A DNA stretch of 64,000 nucleotides from a bacterium (GTDB taxonomy: Bacteria; SZUA-79; Acidulodesulfobacterales; Acidulodesulfobacteraceae). Numbering within the stretch: the first letter of the stretch is position 1; every line of letters starts with the position of its first letter. Positions 57,134-64,000 of the stretch are shown here, piece after piece. The notes under the pieces are model-generated. The model saw only the letters and a list, made by a program, of their open reading frames with translations. It was not told the DNA's origin and did not search any database. The DNA lies in the NCBI GenBank assembly GCA_021777135.1, contig JAJYDX010000002.1, positions 28,084-92,083 on the forward strand, read 5' to 3'. The position numbers and the translations under genes are program-made.

Positions 57134-58468
57134 TTATTCCCCAGTTAAATCCTTTTTAATTCCGGCAATTAATTTATTAAATTTATTATAAAACGATTCA
57201 AATTTCTTTTTAGGAACTGCTAATATTTCTATACGGGTTTTCTTTCCGTCTTTTAAGGGCGTTAATTTTACCCATGTTTCCGTGTGGTTGAAAAAGAACG
57301 AGAAAAACAGAGCTATTATAAGTATTATGGAACCAGCCCATATAACAGAAGTATAAGCGTTTTTCGTTATCTCAACGCCGCTGTAATAATAATTTTTTAC
57401 TCCGTTGTAGAGAAAAACGGTATTTTGATATTTGGCGAATATTAAAGGCATACTATGTTTTTTATACGGCAGGACGTAAAATTTCAATATTTTATTGTTG
57501 CTTAATTCTATAAAAAAAGGAATTTCGTCTTTTTTTGGATGCTTATACGGTATAAACCTGAATTTAATGTTATTGATTCCGGTATCGTATAATTTGCCGA
57601 ACTCCGCATAAACTATCTTTTCGGATTTGCGGTTTTTTAAGCTGACTATTGAAAGTTTTGCGGCAGTAGGCTTATAATGACCGTAACTTGCCTGATATAT
57701 TGTTATTCCGCCGTATGTAAAAGGATGGTTTACTTTAATATTTTTAGTTGCTACCGCAACATGATTTTTGATTATGCTGATTTTGCTTATATAAGATTTT
57801 GGTATGCCGTCCTTATAATATAATGTCCGGTAATTATCGAGGCTTAAAGTAAAAGGAAGCTTTATGGGTTTATGGTTTTTGGACAGATATGAAATATTTG
57901 TTTTTTCGCCGACTTTAATATTGGTATACGACCTGAAGCCGTAATGAAAATTTAAAAATACCCCTATTATAATTATTATTACGCTAAAGTGTGCTATAAA
58001 AGGTGAAAGCCTGAAAATAGAATTTTTTGAATAGTATAATTCTTTTTCAGAGAATGGTTTTCCTAATTTTGAATTTAAAACTTTAGTAATTTCATGAACG
58101 TCTTTTTTTGATTCTATAATTTCATATATTGCCTTGGGGCTTTTTTTAGCTGCCGTTTCGTCAAAAGACGGATAAGGACCAAAAACGGTTTTAAAGGTGT
58201 GGGGAAGAATACTCGCGGAAGCCGTTATAAGATTTATAACCAAGAGCACCGCCAGTCCTATGAAGTACCATGAGCCGTATATATCCAAGAATCCTAGCCA
58301 GTATAGTATGTGATAAACCTGCGGTCCAAAAATAGTCTTGTACTGACTTGCAGTATCGGCTTGATTTATGAAAGTTCCGACCATCGATAGTGCTGCGATT
58401 GCTATAAAAAGGAATATAGCGAGTTTGACGGAGGAAAAAAATTTGTATAATTTTGAAAACATTATCAT
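57134..58468 (-). CDS. ccsB: cytochrome c biogenesis protein CcsB/ResB (Ccs1)
   Basis: 444 aa. The N-terminus FSSVKLAIFLFIAIAALSMVGTFINQ is ResB-like. It has a large soluble middle region and a C-terminal TM helix. It lies 2 nt upstream of ccsA. Confidence 0.85.
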   Translation of the reverse strand: MIMFSKLYKFFSSVKLAIFLFIAIAALSMVGTFINQADTASQYKTIFGPQVYHILYWLGFLDIYGSWYFIGLAVLLVINLITASASILPHTFKTVFGPYPSFDETAAKKSPKAIYEIIESKKDVHEITKVLNSKLGKPFSEKELYYSKNSIFRLSPFIAHFSVIIIIIGVFLNFHYGFRSYTNIKVGEKTNISYLSKNHKPIKLPFTLSLDNYRTLYYKDGIPKSYISKISIIKNHVAVATKNIKVNHPFTYGGITIYQASYGHYKPTAAKLSIVSLKNRKSEKIVYAEFGKLYDTGINNIKFRFIPYKHPKKDEIPFFIELSNNKILKFYVLPYKKHSMPLIFAKYQNTVFLYNGVKNYYYSGVEITKNAYTSVIWAGSIILIIALFFSFFFNHTETWVKLTPLKDGKKTRIEILAVPKKKFESFYNKFNKLIAGIKKDLTGE

Positions 58469-58531
58469 ATTTTATTGGATTATACGAAAATTGTAAAGTA
58501 AAAAAATTAACGCATATCGAACGGATTAATC

Positions 58532-58560
58532 TTGACAAAATATTAAAATCTTGATTAAAT
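58532..58560 (+). promoter_or_regulatory. putative sigma70-type promoter of the hrcA-grpE-dnaK-dnaJ operon
   Basis: TTGACA (58532-58537), 17 nt, TTAAAT (58555-58560). The CIRCE operator begins 6 nt downstream. Confidence 0.45.
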
Positions 58561-58565
58561 AATAT

Positions 58566-58592
58566 TTAGCACTCTTAATGTTTAAGTGCTAA
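58566..58592. promoter_or_regulatory. CIRCE operator (HrcA binding site)
   Basis: TTAGCACTC-N9-AAGTGCTAA matches the consensus TTAGCACTC-N9-GAGTGCTAA at 17 of 18 arm positions. It ends 67 nt upstream of the hrcA ATG. Confidence 0.88.
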
Positions 58593-58659
58593 AATATGTT
58601 TAAGCGCTAAAATTTTTACGGTAAAAAAATCTGGAGCAAAGCATTTTAATTGTAAGATT

Positions 58660-59715
58660 ATGGATGAAAAATGCGAAGAATATAATTATAACGATTTGAA
58701 CGAAAGAAGCAGGGAGATTCTGCTTGGCATAATAGAAGGATATTTTGGAACCGCAAATCCCGTAGGCTCTAAATTTATTGCGGAGAACTGCAATTTGAGT
58801 TTAAGTCCTGCTTCCGTTAGAAATATAATGGCGTCTTTAGAGGAGCAGGGATATATCTACCAGCCGCATTTTTCTGCGGGCAGGGTTCCTACGGCTAAAG
58901 GATACAGGTTTTACATATCCGGATTAATGAAAACCGAAAAAATTACGCGGGAACAAAAAGAAATTATAAAAAAAAGGTTTAATTCGGCAAATAGAAATTT
59001 AGACGGCATATTAAGTCAGGCTTCTATATCGCTGTCTGATTTATCCCATTACGCCGGTGTGGTTCTTGCTCCCGACACTAAAAGCGTGTTTCTTTTGCAT
59101 ATCGAGTTTATAAGGATAAAGCCGAACTACATACTTGCTATTATGGTATTTCAGAACGGCATTACTGAAAATAAATCATTTTATGTTTCTAAAGACGTTA
59201 AGCAGCACGAACTCAGCCGCTATTCAAATAAACTTAACGAGATTTTAGAAAATAAAAATTGCGATTTAGACGATTTGAAAGATATAATCGTAGAAGAAAT
59301 GCGGGATGACAAGGAAAATTTTTTTTCTATATTTAATAATTCGGTTTTTTGTTCTGCCGATGGGGGAAATAATTACGATAAATGCCTGTATGTGGGCCCG
59401 GAAGCCGATTTATTGGAAGAACCGGAATTTTCCAATAACGAACAGATAAAATTTTTTATAAAAACTATTTCGGATAAAAAAACGATAATAAAACTGCTTG
59501 GGCATACTAAAAACTCTAAGACAAAGCAGATATTTATAGGTTCCGATGACGAGTGGTCCGAAATATCGGGACTTTCTCTAATAACGGCTCCTTACATAAG
59601 CGGCAATAGTATGCTTAGGGGTTCAATCGGTATAATAGGACCTTTAAGAATGAACTATTCTCATGTTATTCCGTTAATAGATTTTATGGCCGAATTTTTA
59701 AGCGGGATTATATAA
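58660..59715 (+). CDS. hrcA: heat-inducible transcription repressor HrcA
   Basis: 351 aa. The N-terminal winged helix is LNERSREILLGIIEGYFGTANPVGSKFIAE..SPASVRNIMASLEEQGYI. The gene sits at the head of the grpE-dnaK-dnaJ string, behind CIRCE. Confidence 0.92.
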   Translation: MDEKCEEYNYNDLNERSREILLGIIEGYFGTANPVGSKFIAENCNLSLSPASVRNIMASLEEQGYIYQPHFSAGRVPTAKGYRFYISGLMKTEKITREQKEIIKKRFNSANRNLDGILSQASISLSDLSHYAGVVLAPDTKSVFLLHIEFIRIKPNYILAIMVFQNGITENKSFYVSKDVKQHELSRYSNKLNEILENKNCDLDDLKDIIVEEMRDDKENFFSIFNNSVFCSADGGNNYDKCLYVGPEADLLEEPEFSNNEQIKFFIKTISDKKTIIKLLGHTKNSKTKQIFIGSDDEWSEISGLSLITAPYISGNSMLRGSIGIIGPLRMNYSHVIPLIDFMAEFLSGII

Positions 59716-59751
59716 AATAAATAAAATATTGAATTTCAGGAGATAAGGCGA

Positions 59752-60423
59752 ATGTACGAAAATGAAAAAAAAGACGGATACGATGGTTCGTACTCGGAAG
59801 ACGGAGATTTCAACGTAGATAAAGAATTAGGTAAAATAATAAAAGAAACTAACGATAGTTCCGTGGCAGCCTCTGCCGACCTCGACATCGACGATGTTCC
59901 TAATCCTAAAAATCTTGCTGAAGCCGAAGACGAACTTAAATACTTAAAAAACGCTTTTAAAAACCTGAAAAAAGAATATGAAGATTCGAACTCTAATTAC
60001 CTCAAAAGCCTGGCAGATTTAGAAAATTTTAGAAAAAGGATGAACAGGGAGAAAGAAGAATCTTTAAAATACTCAAATGAAAAGCTTTTAAGGGATCTTC
60101 TTCCGGTACTAGATTTTTTAGACCTAGCCATAGGTCATTCCGCGTATTATTTGGAGCAGGATTCTTCCGGGAATTTAAAATCGTTCGTGGACGGCGTAAA
60201 ATTGGCTTACGGCGAATTCGTTAAGATATTAAAAAATTACGGAGCCGAACATATAGAAACCGCGGGAAAAAATTTTGACGCCAATTTTCACGAAGCGGTG
60301 GAAATAGTGGAACATTCCGGTCAGCCGGAAGGGAAAATAATAGAAGAAAAAAGAAAAGGCTATGTATTCAAAGAGAGGCTTTTAAGGCCGTCAATGGTGT
60401 CCATAGCAAAATCTAAAAATTAA
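59752..60423 (+). CDS. grpE: nucleotide exchange factor GrpE
   Basis: 223 aa. An acidic N-terminus precedes the coiled-coil YLKSLADLENFRKRMNREKEE and the C-terminal beta domain FDANFHEAV...GYVFKERLLRPSMV. Confidence 0.93.
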   Translation: MYENEKKDGYDGSYSEDGDFNVDKELGKIIKETNDSSVAASADLDIDDVPNPKNLAEAEDELKYLKNAFKNLKKEYEDSNSNYLKSLADLENFRKRMNREKEESLKYSNEKLLRDLLPVLDFLDLAIGHSAYYLEQDSSGNLKSFVDGVKLAYGEFVKILKNYGAEHIETAGKNFDANFHEAVEIVEHSGQPEGKIIEEKRKGYVFKERLLRPSMVSIAKSKN

Positions 60424-60512
60424 AAATATTAAATAAATTTAAATATTTAAGATATAATTATTATTGAGAAAATAAAATTTAAAAAACATAAAGGTTCAAG
60501 GAGAATTAAATC

Positions 60513-62447
60513 ATGGGAAAAGTAATAGGAATCGATTTAGGAACTACAAACTCTTGCGTCGCTGTTATGGAAGGCAAGGAGCCTGTCGTAATAGCAAATT
60601 CTGAAGGGACCAGGACGACCCCGTCCGTAGTATCTATAAGCGACAGTGGTGAAAGGCTAGTAGGACAGGCTGCAAAAAGGCAGGCTGTGACTAATCCGGA
60701 GAATACTATTTACGCCGTTAAAAGGCTGATAGGCAGGAAATACGATTCTCCGGAAGTACAGGCGTTTAAAAAGGTTTGCCCTTATAAAATCGTGCCAAGC
60801 GAAAACGGAGACGCATGGGTAGAAATAAAAGGCAGAAAATACTCACCGGCGGAAATTTCTTCTATGATACTGACTAAAATGAAAAAGACGGCAGAAGATT
60901 ACCTTGGGGAAACAGTTACCGAAGCAGTTATTACAGTCCCTGCTTATTTTAACGATTCGCAGAGGCAGGCTACCAAGGATGCCGGAAAAATAGCCGGTCT
61001 GGACGTTTTAAGGATTATTAACGAACCTACGGCTTCTTCTTTATCATACGGTCTGGACAAAAAGAAGGAAGAAAAAATAGCGGTTTACGATTTAGGCGGA
61101 GGAACCTTCGATATTTCAATACTTGAACTCGGCGAAGGAGTATTCGAGGTTAAATCCACGAACGGAGATACTTTCTTAGGCGGAGAAGATTTCGACCAGA
61201 AAGTCATAGATTATATTGCGGATGAATTTAAAAAAGACCAGGGCATTGATTTAAGAAAAGACAAAATGGCGCTTCAAAGATTAAAAGAAGCCGCCGAAAA
61301 AGCAAAAATAGAACTTTCATCGTCTCTGGAAACCGATATAAATTTACCGTTTATTACGGCAGACGCCAGCGGACCAAAGCATCTCAATATGAAACTTTCA
61401 AGAGCCAAACTGGAACAGCTTACCGGAGAATTGGTCGAAAGGTCTATGGGGCCTGTTAAAACTGCATTAAAAGACGCATCTTTGTCGACCTCTCAAGTAG
61501 ATGAAGTAGTACTGGTAGGCGGACAGACAAGAATGCCTAAAGTCCAGCAGGCGGTTAAGGATTATTTCGGAAAAGAACCTCATAAAGGCGTTAATCCTGA
61601 TGAAGTAGTGGCGGTAGGAGCGGCAATTCAGGGCGCGGTCCTCAAAGGAGAGGTTAAAGACGTATTATTGCTTGACGTTTCTCCTTTATCTCTCGGCATA
61701 GAAACGCTTGGCGGCGTCAGCACTAAACTAATAGAAAAAAATACGACTATTCCTACAAGAAAAAGTCAGATATTTTCTACTGCCGCCGATAACCAGCCCG
61801 CCGTTACCATAAACGTTTTGCAGGGCGAAAGAGAAATGGCTTCAGACAACAAGAGCCTCGGAAGATTCGAGCTTACAGGAATACCCCCTGCTCCAAGAGG
61901 CGTTCCGCAAGTAGAAGTTACTTTCGATATAGACGCCAACGGTATAGTCCACGTTTCGGCTAAAGACTTAGGGACCGGCAAAGAACAGTCTATAAGGATT
62001 ACCGCTTCCAGCGGATTATCGAAGGAAGAGATAGACAAAATGATTAAAGAAGCAGAACTTCACAAAGACGAAGATTCCAAGAAGAAAGAACTTATAGAAG
62101 TAAGAAATCATTTGGACGGATTAGTCTATTCCGTAGAAAAAACGTTAAAAGATTCCGGAGACAAAATAGAATCAGCGGATAAAATGGCCGCGGAAGAAAA
62201 AATAGCCGAAGCTAAAAAAGCTCTCGAAGGAGACGACGTAGATTCTATAAAACGGATAACCGAAGAATTAGAAAAATTATCCCATGCCGTTGCGGAATCC
62301 ATTTATAAGAAAACAGCCGCAGAAGCCGGAGGAGCCGGGGCGGAAGCAGGTCAGGCAGGAGAAGCAGGAGCAGGAGAGTCCAAGCCTGCAGACGAAAACG
62401 TAGTTGAAGCAGAATACGAAGAAGTAAAAGACAAAAAGAACGAATAA
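60513..62447 (+). CDS. dnaK: molecular chaperone DnaK (Hsp70)
   Basis: 644 aa. Motifs present are [25 protein letters not shown] and [13 protein letters not shown]. The tail is Gly/Ala/Glu-rich. Confidence 0.98.
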   Translation: MGKVIGIDLGTTNSCVAVMEGKEPVVIANSEGTRTTPSVVSISDSGERLVGQAAKRQAVTNPENTIYAVKRLIGRKYDSPEVQAFKKVCPYKIVPSENGDAWVEIKGRKYSPAEISSMILTKMKKTAEDYLGETVTEAVITVPAYFNDSQRQATKDAGKIAGLDVLRIINEPTASSLSYGLDKKKEEKIAVYDLGGGTFDISILELGEGVFEVKSTNGDTFLGGEDFDQKVIDYIADEFKKDQGIDLRKDKMALQRLKEAAEKAKIELSSSLETDINLPFITADASGPKHLNMKLSRAKLEQLTGELVERSMGPVKTALKDASLSTSQVDEVVLVGGQTRMPKVQQAVKDYFGKEPHKGVNPDEVVAVGAAIQGAVLKGEVKDVLLLDVSPLSLGIETLGGVSTKLIEKNTTIPTRKSQIFSTAADNQPAVTINVLQGEREMASDNKSLGRFELTGIPPAPRGVPQVEVTFDIDANGIVHVSAKDLGTGKEQSIRITASSGLSKEEIDKMIKEAELHKDEDSKKKELIEVRNHLDGLVYSVEKTLKDSGDKIESADKMAAEEKIAEAKKALEGDDVDSIKRITEELEKLSHAVAESIYKKTAAEAGGAGAEAGQAGEAGAGESKPADENVVEAEYEEVKDKKNE

Positions 62448-62477
62448 AATATATTTAATGTAAAATTAAACTTTAAC

Positions 62478-62503
62478 AGGGAACGGAATTAACTCCGTTC
62501 CCT
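62478..62503 (+). terminator. stem-loop between dnaK and dnaJ (partial terminator or mRNA-stabilising hairpin)
   Basis: AGGGAACGGA (62478-62487), loop ATTAAC, TCCGTTCCCT (62494-62503), a 10-bp stem. Only a weak T-tract (TTACAAATTT) lies before the dnaJ ATG at 62513. Confidence 0.5.
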
Positions 62504-62512
62504 TACAAATTT

Positions 62513-63610
62513 ATGGCATCGAAAAGAGACTATTACGAAATTTTAGGAGTAGAAAAGGAAGCAAGCTCCGACGAAATAAAAAAGGCTTACAGGAAATTAG
62601 CCTTAAAGCATCATCCCGATAAAAATCAGGGCGACGGTGATTCCGAAGAGAAATTCAAGGAAATAAACGAAGCATACAGTATTTTGTGCGACGAAGAAAA
62701 AAGAGCCGCTTACGACAGGTTTGGGCATGAGGGCATGGGAGCTTTCTCTGCCGGCGGCGGAGGAGGGTTCGGGTTCAGCGACATATTCAGCGATTTTTTT
62801 GGAGATATTTTTTCTCAGCCCAATAAAAAGACAAGGCGCAAAAAAGGCGAAGACCTTAGGTACGGAGTAAAAATAGAATTTGAAGAATCTTTGTTCGGCA
62901 TATCAAAACAGATAAAATACAACAGATATGAAACATGTTCTTCATGCGATGGAAGCGGCGCTAAGAAAGGGACTAAAAGAGTTTCTTGCCCTGTATGCAA
63001 AGGAACCGGAGAAATAAGGCAACAGCAGGGATTCTTCTCTATATCTAGAACCTGTTACAAATGTAACGGAGAGGGTGAAATTATAGAAAATCCTTGTCCG
63101 GTATGTAATGGCGAAGGCAGGGTAATAAAAGAGCGCAAACTTGATATAAAAATTCCTGCCGGCATAGACGACGGCAACAGGCTTAAGGTGTCAGGAGAAG
63201 GCTCGTCGGGACTTTACGGAGGACCAAACGGCGACCTGTATGTCGATATTACAGTTAAACCGCACGATATATTTAAAAGACAGGGAAACGATATATTCGT
63301 TTCGATGCCGGTCAGTTTTTCGCAGGCTGCTTTAGGAGCTGAAATAGAAGTACCCACCGTAGACGGAAAATCTACTATAAAAATATTGCCGGGAACTCAG
63401 AGCGGGACGCAGTTTACGCTTAAAGGAAAGGGCGCGCCCAGGCTTAGCGGAGGCACAAGGGGCAACGAATATATAAACGTCGTCGTGGAAACCCCTACCA
63501 ACCTTACCGCGAAACAAAAAAAGATTTTTGAGGAGCTTGCCGCCGAAAACAAAGAAGAAACTCATCCGTTAAAAAAATCTTTTATGGATAAGATTAAATC
63601 CTTTATATAA
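62513..63610 (+). CDS. dnaJ: molecular chaperone DnaJ (type I)
   Basis: 365 aa. The J-domain is DYYEILGV...[11 protein letters not shown], followed by a G/F region. There are four CxxCxGxG zinc motifs ([32 protein letters not shown]). Confidence 0.97.
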   Translation: MASKRDYYEILGVEKEASSDEIKKAYRKLALKHHPDKNQGDGDSEEKFKEINEAYSILCDEEKRAAYDRFGHEGMGAFSAGGGGGFGFSDIFSDFFGDIFSQPNKKTRRKKGEDLRYGVKIEFEESLFGISKQIKYNRYETCSSCDGSGAKKGTKRVSCPVCKGTGEIRQQQGFFSISRTCYKCNGEGEIIENPCPVCNGEGRVIKERKLDIKIPAGIDDGNRLKVSGEGSSGLYGGPNGDLYVDITVKPHDIFKRQGNDIFVSMPVSFSQAALGAEIEVPTVDGKSTIKILPGTQSGTQFTLKGKGAPRLSGGTRGNEYINVVVETPTNLTAKQKKIFEELAAENKEETHPLKKSFMDKIKSFI

Positions 63611-63677
63611 TACGCGTAAGATTTTATATTAGGCATAACTCGGTTATATCGACGGATGGATTAATGCGGCAGTCTGC

Positions 63678-64000
63678 TTAACCGTTTATAAAGCGGATAT
63701 CCTTTATGGTTATATTTTTTTCTAAAGGGATTTTTTTGTTTTCGGAAGAAAAAAAGTCGTTAATTTTTTTTATAAATTCTTCCTTGATAAATCCAAGTTC
63801 GAATATTAGAACCGGATTTTCGACCGTGACCGTTAAAATGTTTTTATATAAAGCCTTAGGTCTGGTTTTTTTGCTTAATTCCTTTCCGCATATCGATTCC
63901 CATTGCTCGTATAATATCAAGGCGCAGTAATCGGAGGCGCTAAGTTTATTCTTTAAGGCCGATAGAAGAACATCTTTTAAATTTAGTTGTTGATTTAATT
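63678..64000 (-). CDS. DUF721 (DciA-like) domain protein; 5' end lies beyond the right edge
   Basis: The track starts it at TTG 63920, but the frame stays open to position 64000. The translation reads ..LNQQLNLKDVLLSALKNKLSASDYCALILYEQWESICGKELSKKTRPKALYKNILTVTVENPVLIFEL.., which is the typical DUF721 pattern (W..IvG..l...t.p..l..g.L.v.v). Confidence 0.6.
   Translation of the reverse strand, partial: LNQQLNLKDVLLSALKNKLSASDYCALILYEQWESICGKELSKKTRPKALYKNILTVTVENPVLIFELGFIKEEFIKKINDFFSSENKKIPLEKNITIKDIRFING

Overview
The window is a compact, AT-rich (roughly 35-40% GC by eye, not computed) core-genome segment from a diderm bacterium, probably an uncultured or deep-branching lineage. The Kdo, Lpt, OMP and system-II cytochrome c genes support the diderm call. 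Many housekeeping proteins carry lineage-specific insertions. I can support 60 protein-coding genes, two of them truncated by the window edges, and one tRNA-Glu(CUC). Coding density is very high and long co-directional strings have gaps of 0-80 nt.

Gene content, left to right:
- rlmD-like (partial), rfbA, two tiny envelope ORFs, tRNA-Glu
- secreted NHL propeller, ClC channel, Zn-ADH
- glgP, MFS, FAH (minus strand)
- uppP, then xerC-hslVU fused to argBDFGH
- lipoprotein, NHL, geranylgeranyl-reductase-like
- RpiB-like, radA, polyprenyl synthase, lysA, dapAB
- pyrG-kdsADC-lptCAB-rpoN-hpf-rapZ, then metK-ahcY
- coaX-birA-nadC plus an atypical receiver-domain protein (minus strand)
- lptFG, MBL hydrolase
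- ntrY/ntrX-like pair, then a sigma54-driven porin-glnK-amtB operon
- DUF1015-ccsA-ccsB (minus strand)
- CIRCE-controlled hrcA-grpE-dnaK-dnaJ, and a partial DUF721 gene

I found no CRISPR array, transposase, prophage, toxin-antitoxin pair or recognisable defence island, and no obvious compositional island. I do not see a clear novel multi-gene system here.

The items most worth a second look are:
- a pseudo-receiver protein with a disordered acidic core carrying three DFGMQA motifs and a polar-hub-like C-terminus
- a textbook -24/-12 promoter placing an outer-membrane porin in one operon with PII and AmtB, next to an NtrYX-like pair
- a CIRCE operator with a tandemly duplicated right arm
- a catalytically divergent RpiB-like gene translationally coupled to radA
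- an HslV with a Gly/Thr-flanked propeptide
- one copy of a widespread GTCATTCCCGCG...GGCGGGAATCC palindrome

All family calls rest on motif and sequence recognition by eye from the supplied translations. No BLAST, HMM or folding was run.
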